Origin: an uncultured Acidobacteriota bacterium
GTDB lineage: Bacteria; Acidobacteriota; Polarisedimenticolia; J045
NCBI GenBank assembly: GCA_964420365.1
Contig: CAYQTA010000094.1
Location: 100,514 to 164,513, forward strand
DNA: 64,000 bases
Direction of reading: 5' to 3'
The notes below the pieces were generated by a model, which did not search any database, had not been told where the DNA came from, and worked only from the letters and a program-made list of their open reading frames with translations. The position numbers and the translations under genes were made by a program. Below, one piece after another: positions 25,744 to 34,453 of the stretch. The first letter of the stretch is position 1. Every line of letters starts with the position of its first letter.

Positions 25744-27283
25744 CTTCGGTGCCGTCCTTGTCGGTTCCGGGAAGGGGCGCCAAGCCGGCCCGCCACCGCG
25801 GACCACGCCCCGGGATGGCGGCGAGGAGGAGCGCCACCGCGGCGAGTGTAACACAGGCGAACTCGAGGGCCCGGGCGACGAGCCCTCCGACGGGTAGCCC
25901 GCCGCCGGCCCGGACCCGCGCGACCAGGATGCCGCGCGCGCCGATCCCGAGCCGGCCGAGCACCCGGCCCCGCCCGTCGACCAGGAGGGAGATCCCGCTG
26001 TTCGCCGCCCGGAGGAGCGGCCGACCGGTCTCCGCCGCCCGCAACCTCGCGTGGGCCGCGTGCTGGAGGGGCCCGGACGAGTCCCCGAACCAGGTGTCGT
26101 TGGTCAGGTTGACCAGGATGCCCGCCCCCGCGCGGGCGAGCCCCAGGGAAAGCCCGGGAAAGACCAGCTCGTAGCAGACCAGCGGACCGAGCGGCCCCGA
26201 CCGGGACGGCAGGAGCACCTGGTCCTTCCCCGGAACGAAGTCCCCGGCCTCGGCGGCGATCGCCGGGACGTCGCCGAGCAGCGGCCGGAGCGGCAGGTAC
26301 TCGCCGAACGGCACGAGGCGGCGCTTCGGCGCGATGCCCGCGACCCCGGTGTCGGCGCGAACCAGGACCGCGCTGTTGTAGCGGCCGCCCCCCGGCGCGC
26401 CGGTCACGCTTCCGAGGACGAGATCGATCCCCAGGTCCCGGGCGAGAGCCTCGATCCGGGCCCGGAACCCCGGGGCCTCGTCGATCCGCCACGGAACCGC
26501 CGATTCGGGCCAGGCGACGAGCGCGGCCCCTCGATCCGCGGCCTCCCGCGCGAGGGCCTCGTAGACCACGAGGCGGGCGAGGGCGCCCCGTCCCTCCGGG
26601 ACACTCCCCTGGACGACCGCGACCGTCACTTCCCTTCCGCGGGGACCGGGCAGGAGGGTACCCGCCAGGCCCACCAGCAGGGTCGCCGCCCCGAGCGCGA
26701 CGACGGGACCGTGCCGCGGCCGGGCCCCGGCAACCCGCGCGGCGAGGAGGGCGGCCCACGCGATCCCGAGGAACCCGAGCCCCGCCCCCCCGACCAGCCG
26801 GGCGACGGCGATCCCCCCCGGGACCGAGGCCAGCGCGACGCCGGCGGAGCCCCAGGGAAACGGGAACGGAAACGCCTCCCGGGTCCACTCGAGGGCGATC
26901 CAGAGGGGAGGGCCGGCGAGGAGCGCCCGGACCGGTGACCAGCGACGCGCGAGGCGCGCCAGGACCCAGGCGAGGCACCCGGTCCCGATCCCTTCCAGGG
27001 CCCCCGAGAGCAGGACCGCCGCGAGGACCGCCGAACCCGGGAGCGGGGTATGAACGAGAAGCACGAAACCGAACCACCGGAGCAGCAGGCCGTAGAAGAT
27101 CGCCCCGGCAAGCCATCCCTCGCCGAACGCCCGCCGTGGCGCGGCCGTCACCGCCAGGACGAGAAGCAGGGCGGCGCCCGGCACGGTGAGCAGTCCCCAG
27201 CCGGGGCGGGGGTGCGCGAGGGCGAGAAGGACGCCGGCCAGGGAGGCGAGAACCACCCGGGCCGGGCCCGGGAGGCGGCTCAT
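25736..27283 (-). CDS. lnt: Apolipoprotein N-acyltransferase
   Basis: 515 aa with N-terminal multi-pass membrane segments and a C-terminal CN-hydrolase domain (...VAWPESAVPW...ALVCYELVFP...). Its 3' end overlaps the prfB ATG by 8 nt, and its start overlaps the SPOR gene stop (ATGA). Confidence 0.85.
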   Translation of the reverse strand: MSRLPGPARVVLASLAGVLLALAHPRPGWGLLTVPGAALLLVLAVTAAPRRAFGEGWLAGAIFYGLLLRWFGFVLLVHTPLPGSAVLAAVLLSGALEGIGTGCLAWVLARLARRWSPVRALLAGPPLWIALEWTREAFPFPFPWGSAGVALASVPGGIAVARLVGGAGLGFLGIAWAALLAARVAGARPRHGPVVALGAATLLVGLAGTLLPGPRGREVTVAVVQGSVPEGRGALARLVVYEALAREAADRGAALVAWPESAVPWRIDEAPGFRARIEALARDLGIDLVLGSVTGAPGGGRYNSAVLVRADTGVAGIAPKRRLVPFGEYLPLRPLLGDVPAIAAEAGDFVPGKDQVLLPSRSGPLGPLVCYELVFPGLSLGLARAGAGILVNLTNDTWFGDSSGPLQHAAHARLRAAETGRPLLRAANSGISLLVDGRGRVLGRLGIGARGILVARVRAGGGLPVGGLVARALEFACVTLAAVALLLAAIPGRGPRWRAGLAPLPGTDKDGTEDA

Positions 27284-27786
27284 CGCCCCCGGCCGCGGAC
27301 GCGGACCGGCCGACCGAGCAACCGGGCAAGCTTCCTCGCGGCCGCCTCGGCCGCGGCCCGGTCGGAGAACGGGCCCCCCACGACCCGGTATCCTCCCCCG
27401 GGAGCCCCCGCCACCAGCGCCGGCACCCCGGCCCCCCGGGCGCGACGGACCACGGCCTCGGCATCTCCCCGGCCCTTCCAGGTACCCAGGTCGAGCTCGA
27501 AGCCGCCCCGGAGGGTCGGCTCGGGAACCGCCTGCAACCGGGGATCGCGCACCGCACCGCCGGCGCCCACCTCGTCGAAGAGGTTCCGCTCCGCGGAGAG
27601 ATCCTCCTCGTCCTCGGACGCCGCCGGGGCGGACCCGCCGGCGGGACCCCGCACGGCCGCCGCCTCGCCCGTGGGCGCGGTGACCCGACCGGCCCAGAAC
27701 CCGGCGAGGAACAGGAGCACGAGCCCCGCGGCGACGAGGGCGAGGCGGGGAGCGTCCAGGTCGATCTCCACCGGGCGGCGGCTCAC
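27280..27786 (-). CDS. SPOR-domain membrane protein
   Basis: C-terminal 168 aa of ORF 27280..28686, starting at GTG 27786: one transmembrane helix (LALVAAGLVLLFLAGFWAG) and a C-terminal SPOR-like ...GYRVVGGPFSDRAAAEAAARKLARLLGRPV. It overlaps the GGDEF gene stop as GTGA. Confidence 0.65.
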   Translation of the reverse strand: MSRRPVEIDLDAPRLALVAAGLVLLFLAGFWAGRVTAPTGEAAAVRGPAGGSAPAASEDEEDLSAERNLFDEVGAGGAVRDPRLQAVPEPTLRGGFELDLGTWKGRGDAEAVVRRARGAGVPALVAGAPGGGYRVVGGPFSDRAAAEAAARKLARLLGRPVRVRGRGR

Positions 27787-28802
27787 GGAGCGGCCTCCTC
27801 GTCTCCTCCCTCCGCCTCGGCGATCGCGTTCTTCCCCCGGTCCTTCACCTGCCGCAGGGCCGCGTCCGCCGCCTCGATGACGTCCCGGGGGCTCCGACCA
27901 TGGTCGGGCCAGGTGGCGACCCCGGCCGAGATCGTCAGGGGGACCCGCGCGCCGGTCGGCAGGGAAAACGGCCGCTCGGCGATCGCCCGGCGGATCCGCT
28001 CCGCCACCTCCCGGGCCCCCTGTCGCCCGGTCCCCGGCAGGAGGACGACGAACTCGTCCCCGCCGTAGCGGAACAGGCGGTCGATGCTCCGGATCGAGCG
28101 ACCGATGCGAACCGAGGCCTCGTAGAGAACCCGGGAACCCGAGGCGTGCCCGTGGTGGGTGTTGACGTCCTTCAGGTTGTCCATGTCGACGAAGATCACG
28201 GAGAACCGGCCCCCGAACCGGCGGGCCCGCGCAACCTCGTCGTCGAGGCTCTGGTCCAGGTAGCGGCGGTTGTAGCAGTCGGCGGTGTCGTCCCGGATGA
28301 CCAGTTCCCGCAGGGAAGCGACGGCACGAAGGTTGTCGAAGACCGGTTCCAGGAAGCGCGCGTATTCCGCGGCCCGCGAGAGCGCCCCGGGGGCGAACGT
28401 CTCCCCCTTTCCCCGGAGCAGCAGCAGCAGGCCGACCGCCCCGGCCCCGGAGCGGAGGGGAACCAGCAGCGCCTCGCCCAGCGCCGGCAACCTGTGGTCC
28501 TCGCCGGTGGGGAGCAGGGACCCGGCCTCGCGCAGGACCGTCGCCCCGCCGGGAGAGAACTGGCGCATCAACCCCGGGTCGAGCACGCCCAGTACCGCCG
28601 CCAGCTCCTCGGCTCCTTCCTCGCCCCGGGCCGCCATGCAGAGGAGCTCGTCTCCGGACGACGAGGCCTGGTAGCCGAGGGCCCACCGCCCGCCGAGGAG
28701 CCGAAGCCCCCCGTCCGCGACCGCGGAAAAGCAGCCCGGGGGATCGAGCCGCCGGTGCGCCGCGAGCACCGCCAGCAACAGCTCCCGGTCCGGTCCGGCC
28801 AT
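27783..28802 (-). CDS. Diguanylate cyclase (GAF-like N-terminal domain plus GGDEF)
   Basis: 339 aa: ...VIFVDMDNLKDVNTHHGHASGSRVL...RSIDRLFRYGGDEFVVLLPG... The GGDEF motif is intact, and an RxxD I-site sits 5 residues upstream. Confidence 0.85.
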   Translation of the reverse strand: MAGPDRELLLAVLAAHRRLDPPGCFSAVADGGLRLLGGRWALGYQASSSGDELLCMAARGEEGAEELAAVLGVLDPGLMRQFSPGGATVLREAGSLLPTGEDHRLPALGEALLVPLRSGAGAVGLLLLLRGKGETFAPGALSRAAEYARFLEPVFDNLRAVASLRELVIRDDTADCYNRRYLDQSLDDEVARARRFGGRFSVIFVDMDNLKDVNTHHGHASGSRVLYEASVRIGRSIRSIDRLFRYGGDEFVVLLPGTGRQGAREVAERIRRAIAERPFSLPTGARVPLTISAGVATWPDHGRSPRDVIEAADAALRQVKDRGKNAIAEAEGGDEEAAP

Positions 28803-28803
28803 G

Positions 28804-29601
28804 TCAGGCCGCCCCGCCGTCCCCGCCGCTCGCCCGGGAGACCGCCGCCCCGTCCCGGGGCAGCAGCAGGCGGAACAGCTCGATCGGAACCGGGAAGACG
28901 ATCGTCGAGTTCTGTTCCGCGGCGATCTCCGTCAGGGTCTGGAGGTACCGCAGCTGCACGGTCAGCGGGTTCTGCGCCATCATCTGCGCGGCCTCGAAGA
29001 GCTGGCTCGCCGCCTTGTACTCGCCGTCGGCATGGATGATCTTCGCCCGCTTCTCGCGCTCCGCCTCCGCCTGGCGAGCCATCGCCCGGCGCATCTCCTC
29101 CGGCAGGTCGACGTGCTTGACCTCGACGGCCGTCACCTTGATTCCCCACGGGTCGGTGTGCTTGTCCAGGATCGACTGCAGCTTGTGGTTGAGCTGCTCC
29201 CGCTCGGAGAGCAGCTGGTCGAGCTCCACCTCGCCGAGAACGGACCGAAGGGTCGTCTGGGACAACTGGCTGGTCGCGTAGTGGTAGTTCTCCACCTCGA
29301 CGATCGCCTTCCTCGGGTCGAAGACCCGGTAGTAGACGACGGCGTTCACCTTGACCGAGACGTTGTCCCGGGTGATCACGTCCTGGGGTGGCACGTCGTG
29401 GGCGACCACCCGCAGGTCGACCCGTACCAGCCGGTCGATGAACGGCACGATCAGCACGAGCCCCGGGCCGTACTCCTTCTCGACGAGCTTCCCCAGGCGG
29501 AAGACGACCCCCCGCTCGTACTCCTGGATGACGCGCACCGCCTGGCTGAGCAGGAAGAGCGCCACGACGACGACGATCCCTATCCCGAGCATCCCTGGCA
29601 T
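28804..29601 (-). CDS. SPFH/band-7 (stomatin-like) membrane protein
   Basis: ORF 28804..29670, from internal [18 protein letters not shown]...[16 protein letters not shown]...VDLRV...[17 protein letters not shown] (stomatin/QmcA-type). Confidence 0.85.
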   Translation of the reverse strand: MPGMLGIGIVVVVALFLLSQAVRVIQEYERGVVFRLGKLVEKEYGPGLVLIVPFIDRLVRVDLRVVAHDVPPQDVITRDNVSVKVNAVVYYRVFDPRKAIVEVENYHYATSQLSQTTLRSVLGEVELDQLLSEREQLNHKLQSILDKHTDPWGIKVTAVEVKHVDLPEEMRRAMARQAEAEREKRAKIIHADGEYKAASQLFEAAQMMAQNPLTVQLRYLQTLTEIAAEQNSTIVFPVPIELFRLLLPRDGAAVSRASGGDGGAA

Positions 29602-29647
29602 CTCCTCGTTCCGATCCCGGCCGACGACGAAGGCCCCCGCCCCCGGA

Positions 29648-30994
29648 TCAGCCGGTTTCCTCCTCGGCAACGGGCTCGACCAGCAGTCGCAGCCCGTCCT
29701 TCACCTCGCGCACCCGCACCCGGGTGCCGGCGGGCACCGGGCGGGTCGCCCGGGCCTTCCAGTACTCCCCGTGGACGAGAACCGTCCCCTCCGGATCGAG
29801 GGACGTGGTCGCCTCTCCCGCGAGCCCCACCATCCCGTCCCTCCCGGTGGTCGCCCGCCGGAGCTGGGTCCGCAGGACCAGCCACATCACCGGGAGGATC
29901 ACGCCCGCGAGGAAGAGGCCGACCGGCACCAGCACCTGCCACGGCACGGCCAGTCCCGGGACATCCCGGGGAAAGAGCAGCCACAGGCCGACCAGGAGGG
30001 AAGCGATCCCCCCGATCGTCAGCATCCCGTACGAGACCACCTTGATCTCCAGGACCAGCATCACCACCCCCAGGGCCAGCAGCGCCGCGCCGAGCCAGTC
30101 GACAGGCAGGAGGCGCATTCCGTACAGGGCGACCAGCAGGCAGGCCGCGCCGACCAGCCCGGGGAGCACCAGGCCGGGGTGGGTGAACTCGATGTAGAGG
30201 GCGAGCACCCCGATCGACAGCAGGAGCGACAGCAGCACCGGGTGGAGCAGGACGTTCTCGAACGACTCCTGCCAGCGCAGGCGGAACGTCTCGACCCGGG
30301 GGTCGCCGAGGTGGAGGGTCGTCCGGGTGCCGTCCGGCCGGACGATCTCGCGACCGTCGAGCCAGTCCAGCAGCTCCTCCCGGCTCCCCGCGATCACGTC
30401 GACGAGCCCGGCGTCCCGCGCTTCCTCGGCGCTCCAGGAGCGGGACTCCCGGACGGCCTGCTCGGCCAGCTCCGCGGGCCGCCCCCGCGCCCGGGCAGCG
30501 GACCGGAGGAGGGCCGCCAGGTCCTCCGCCGCCTTCTCGAGGGCGATGTCCCCTTCCCTGTTCTCGCCTCCCGCCGTGATCGGGTGCGCGGCCCCCGTCC
30601 GGGTGACCGGGGCCATCGCGGCCACGTCGGCGGCCAGGAGAAGGAAGAACCCGGCGGAGGCCGCGTGGGCCCCCCGGGGCGCCACCCAGGCGACGACGGG
30701 GACGGGCGAGTTCAGGATGTCCCGGACCATGTCCTCCGCGGCATCGACCAGGCCTCCGGGAGTGTCCAGCTCGAGCAGGAACACCGCCGCCCCGCGCTCG
30801 TCCGCCTCCGCGAGGGCCCGGTGGAGGATCTTTGCCGAGACCCCGTGAATCATCCCGTCCAGGCGGTGGACGAGGACGAGGGGACGGTCCGCCTCCCCGG
30901 CTCCCGCCGAGCCGACGACGGGGAGGAACAGCAGGACCACCGCGGCCGCGATCGCGGGCAGGATCCGAGCCCGTGCCGATTCCCGGGTTCGCAT
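29648..30994 (-). CDS. NfeD-family membrane-bound ClpP-class serine protease (stomatin operon partner)
   Basis: C-terminal 448 aa of ORF 29648..31735, from [25 protein letters not shown]. It has a ClpP-like domain (...[11 protein letters not shown]...[13 protein letters not shown]...), transmembrane segments, and a C-terminal OB-fold (...[14 protein letters not shown]). It lies directly upstream of the SPFH gene. Confidence 0.8.
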   Translation of the reverse strand: MRTRESARARILPAIAAAVVLLFLPVVGSAGAGEADRPLVLVHRLDGMIHGVSAKILHRALAEADERGAAVFLLELDTPGGLVDAAEDMVRDILNSPVPVVAWVAPRGAHAASAGFFLLLAADVAAMAPVTRTGAAHPITAGGENREGDIALEKAAEDLAALLRSAARARGRPAELAEQAVRESRSWSAEEARDAGLVDVIAGSREELLDWLDGREIVRPDGTRTTLHLGDPRVETFRLRWQESFENVLLHPVLLSLLLSIGVLALYIEFTHPGLVLPGLVGAACLLVALYGMRLLPVDWLGAALLALGVVMLVLEIKVVSYGMLTIGGIASLLVGLWLLFPRDVPGLAVPWQVLVPVGLFLAGVILPVMWLVLRTQLRRATTGRDGMVGLAGEATTSLDPEGTVLVHGEYWKARATRPVPAGTRVRVREVKDGLRLLVEPVAEEETG

Positions 30995-31053
30995 GGTTTC
31001 ATTGTAGCCTGCCCGGTACCCCCTCCCGGGCCGAAACCGGCGCTCGTCCGCGA

Positions 31054-31566
31054 TTATTCGCCCCCCGCGGAGGGACCGAACCGCTCGACGAGCCGGGCCA
31101 GGGCCGCCCGGGGGACCAGCCCGGAGACGTCCCCCCCCAGGCGCACGATTTCCCGCACGAGCCGGGACGAGATGAACGAGACGTCTTCCCCCGGCGTCAG
31201 GAAGACCGTCTCGATCCCCGGCGCCAGGCGACGGTTCATCATCGCCATCTGCAGCTCGAACTCGAAGTCGCTGACCGCCCGGAGTCCCCGCAGGATGATC
31301 CTCGCCCCCTCCCGGCGCGCGACGTCGACGAGAAGCCCCTCGAACGAAATCACCCGGACCCCTCCGATCCCCTCGTCGGCGAGCGCGGCCTCGAACATCG
31401 CGCGCCGCTCCTCCGGGGAAAAGAGCGGGTTCTTGGTCGTGTTCCGCAGGACGGCGACGACCAGCCCCCCGTCGAAGATCCGCACCGCCCGCCGGACCAG
31501 GTCGAGGTGTCCGAGGGTGACCGGGTCGAACGAACCCGGGTAGATCGCCCTGGCGCACTCGCTCAT
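31054..31566 (-). CDS. coaD: Phosphopantetheine adenylyltransferase
   Basis: C-terminal 170 aa of ORF 31054..32217: MSECARAIYPGSFDPVTLGHLDLVRRA... (the T/H-x-G-H nucleotidyltransferase motif). ATG at 31566 overlaps the recN stop. Confidence 0.9.
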   Translation of the reverse strand: MSECARAIYPGSFDPVTLGHLDLVRRAVRIFDGGLVVAVLRNTTKNPLFSPEERRAMFEAALADEGIGGVRVISFEGLLVDVARREGARIILRGLRAVSDFEFELQMAMMNRRLAPGIETVFLTPGEDVSFISSRLVREIVRLGGDVSGLVPRAALARLVERFGPSAGGE

Positions 31567-33287
31567 CGCGCGCTCCCTTCCTCCCCGGGCAGTCCCCGCA
31601 CCTCGCCCCGGAGCATCGCCTCCGCGTGGCGGCGCGCCGTGTCGGTGACGACGCTTCCCCCGAGCATCCGGGCCAGCTCCCGGGCCCGCTCGTCCTCGTC
31701 CTCGAGCACGCGGACGACCGCCACTGTCCGCCCACCCTTCGTCTTCTTCGTCACGTGAACGTGCCGCCCGGGACGCGCGGCGACCTGGGGCAGGTGGGTG
31801 ATCACGATCACCTGGTGCCGCTCGGCCACCCGCGAGAGGAACTCGCCGAGCCGCACCGCCGCCTCGCCACCGAGGCCCTGGTCGACCTCGTCGAAGACCA
31901 GCGTCCGCGGGGGCAGCCCCCCCTCGAGCGCGATGTCGAGGGCGAGCATCACGCGGCTGATCTCTCCGCCGGAGGCCACCTTCCTGAGGGGCCGTGCCGG
32001 CTCCCCCGGGTTGGCCTGGAGCAGCAGCTCGACGTCGTCGAGCCCATGCTCGGCGGCAACGGTACCGAGGAGCCCGTCCGGGTCCCGGGACTCGATCCGC
32101 ACCTCGATCCGGGCCTCGGGCATGGCCAGCGCCGCGAGAAGCTCGCTGACCCGCGCCGCCAGCCGATCGGCGGCCTGCCGACGGGCGGCGGAGAGGCGCT
32201 CCGCCGCGTCCTTCCACCGCTCCGCCAGTTCCTCCCGTTCCGCGCGCAGGCCGGCCGCCTCCTCCGCCCGGCCCTCCAGGACGGTGATCTCCTCCCGCAT
32301 CTTCTCCGCGTCGGCGACGATGTCCTCGAGGGGCGCCCCGTCGAACCGGCGCCGCAGGCGCTCGAGCGCGACCAGCCGGTCCTCGATCTCGGCGAGCCGG
32401 CCCGGGTCGGGCGCGATCTCGTCGACGCCGGACCGCAGGTCCGCCGCGATCTCCTGGATCTGCGCCCGGACGTCATCGAGCCGGTCGGCGATGTCCTCGT
32501 ACAGGGGATCGTGGACGGCCTGGGCCCGCATCCGCCGCGCTGCGGCGTGGACCCGGTCGAGGGCGGCGTCCTCCCCCTCGTAGACCAGGTCGAGGGCCGA
32601 CCGGATCGCCTCCATGATCTCCTCGGCGTGCCGCAGGCGCTCCCGCTCCTGGCGCAGCTCCTCCTCCTCGCCCGGGCGGGGCCGGACCTTCTCCAGCTCG
32701 GCGAGGCGCCAGCGCAGGGTTTCCAGCCGGTCGCGCCGGGCCCGTTCCCGCTCCGCGAGGTCCCGGGTGAGCTGGTCGATCTCGTGGATGCGGGCCGCCA
32801 GCCGCCGCACCTCGGCGAGCAGCTCGCCGTGTTCGCCGAACCGGTCCAGGACCGCCCGGTGGAACGCCGGGTCGAACAGGGTCTGGGGCTCGTGCTGCCC
32901 GTGGAGCTCGACCAGCCCGGCCAGCAGGTCCCGCAGGAGCGTGACCGTCACCGACTGGCCGCCGAGGAACGCCCGGGTCCGGCCGTCCGCCCCGATCTCC
33001 CTCCGGACGAGCAGCTCGTGGCCGTCCGTGTCGTAGCCGGCCCGCCGGACCGCCTCCTCCACGTCCGGCCGCCGGGACAGGTCGAACAGGGCCTCCACCC
33101 GGGCCCGGCTCTCCCCGCGCCGCACGAGGGAGGCATCCCCCCGCCCGCCGATCACCAGGCCGATGGCACCGACGAGCAGCGACTTGCCGGCCCCCGTCTC
33201 CCCCGTGACCAGGTTGAGGCCGGGATCCAGCTCGAGGAACACGTCACGCGCCAGGACGAGGTTCTCGATCCGCAGGTGCCGCAGCAT
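31563..33287 (-). CDS. recN: DNA repair protein RecN
   Basis: 574 aa: MLRHLRIENLVLARDVFLELDPGLNLVTGETGAGKSLLVGAIGL (Walker A), a long coiled coil, then ...LVFDEVDQGLGG (Walker B/D-loop). Confidence 0.9.
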   Translation of the reverse strand: MLRHLRIENLVLARDVFLELDPGLNLVTGETGAGKSLLVGAIGLVIGGRGDASLVRRGESRARVEALFDLSRRPDVEEAVRRAGYDTDGHELLVRREIGADGRTRAFLGGQSVTVTLLRDLLAGLVELHGQHEPQTLFDPAFHRAVLDRFGEHGELLAEVRRLAARIHEIDQLTRDLAERERARRDRLETLRWRLAELEKVRPRPGEEEELRQERERLRHAEEIMEAIRSALDLVYEGEDAALDRVHAAARRMRAQAVHDPLYEDIADRLDDVRAQIQEIAADLRSGVDEIAPDPGRLAEIEDRLVALERLRRRFDGAPLEDIVADAEKMREEITVLEGRAEEAAGLRAEREELAERWKDAAERLSAARRQAADRLAARVSELLAALAMPEARIEVRIESRDPDGLLGTVAAEHGLDDVELLLQANPGEPARPLRKVASGGEISRVMLALDIALEGGLPPRTLVFDEVDQGLGGEAAVRLGEFLSRVAERHQVIVITHLPQVAARPGRHVHVTKKTKGGRTVAVVRVLEDEDERARELARMLGGSVVTDTARRHAEAMLRGEVRGLPGEEGSAR

Positions 33288-33382
33288 CGTTGCCGACTCC
33301 GCATCCTCCGCCGGGGGACACCGTCCCCCGCAAGGGTGTCACCGTTCGCCGCCGGGGGTCAAACGGGCCGCGCCGGGACGGC

Positions 33383-34372
33383 TCAGCCGAAGCTCTGGAG
33401 CACGCGGATGTAGTTCGCCCGCTCGAACGCCTCCGGGTCCGGGCAGTTCCGCTGGCTCATCGTGCCGACCACCTCCTCGACCGATCCGTAGCCGTGCTCC
33501 TCGAGGAACCGGGCCAGTTCCTCGCGGACCCGTCGCAGGTGCGGGATGCCGTACCGCAGGAGCGCGCTGCACAGGTGGACGACCCGGGCGCCGGCCATCA
33601 GCGCCTTGACGGCGTCCCGCCCGGAGAGAACCCCCCCGGTCAGGGACAGGTCTGCCCCGACCCGCCCGTGGAGAATGGCGACCCACCGGAGGGGCAGGCG
33701 CAGGTCCCAGGCGTCGGAGAGCTGCAGCTCCGGCACGACCTCCAGGTTCTCGGGATCGATGTCCGGCTGGTAGAAACGGTTGAACAGGGCGAGCCCGCGC
33801 GCGCCGGCCCGGGCCAGCCGGCGCGCCATCTCGCCCGGGTTCGTGAAGTACGGGTGCATCTTCACCGCCACCGGGATGTCGATGGCGGCCGACACCTCGG
33901 AGACGACCTCGACGTAGCGGGCCTCGATCTCCCGGCAGGAGGTTTCCAGGTCGGTGGGCAGCCAGTAGACGTTCAGCTCGATGGCGTCGGCCCCGGCCTC
34001 GGCGATTCGCCCCGCCCAGTCGGTCCACGCGCCCGGGTCACGGGCGTTCAGGCTGGCGACCACCGGGATCGAGAGCGCGTCCTTCGCGGCGCGGACGAAG
34101 TCGACGTACTCCCCGGGTCCCCGGGCGTACTCGCCCGGCCGCGGGAAGTAGTCCACCGCCTCGGCGTAGCTCTCCGCGCCGAACTCCAGGTAGTGATCCA
34201 GCTCCCGCGCTTCGTGCTCGATCTGCTCCTCGAACAGCGAGTAGAGCACGACCGCCCCCGCCCCGGCATCCTCCAGCCTGCGGAGCGAATCGACGTCGCG
34301 GGTCAGCGGGGAAGCGGACGGTACCAGGGGGTTCTCGAGGGACAGGCCCATCCAGGTCGTCGCGAGGTCCAT
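33383..34372 (-). CDS. Dihydroorotate dehydrogenase-like TIM-barrel flavoprotein (PyrD-like family, exact function unassigned)
   Basis: 329 aa: MDLATTWMGLSLENPLVPSASPL...ELNVYWLP...VKMHPYF...LTGGVLSGRDAVKALMAGA..., a class-1 DHOD-like fold. It is not the canonical pyrD context. Confidence 0.7.
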   Translation of the reverse strand: MDLATTWMGLSLENPLVPSASPLTRDVDSLRRLEDAGAGAVVLYSLFEEQIEHEARELDHYLEFGAESYAEAVDYFPRPGEYARGPGEYVDFVRAAKDALSIPVVASLNARDPGAWTDWAGRIAEAGADAIELNVYWLPTDLETSCREIEARYVEVVSEVSAAIDIPVAVKMHPYFTNPGEMARRLARAGARGLALFNRFYQPDIDPENLEVVPELQLSDAWDLRLPLRWVAILHGRVGADLSLTGGVLSGRDAVKALMAGARVVHLCSALLRYGIPHLRRVREELARFLEEHGYGSVEEVVGTMSQRNCPDPEAFERANYIRVLQSFG

Positions 34373-34453
34373 GGCATCCTCCGGGGCCCGGCGGCCCGGG
34401 CCGGCTTCCCCGCCGCGCCGGTCCCCGCGAGGCGGGGACCGGCACCCCGGGGA

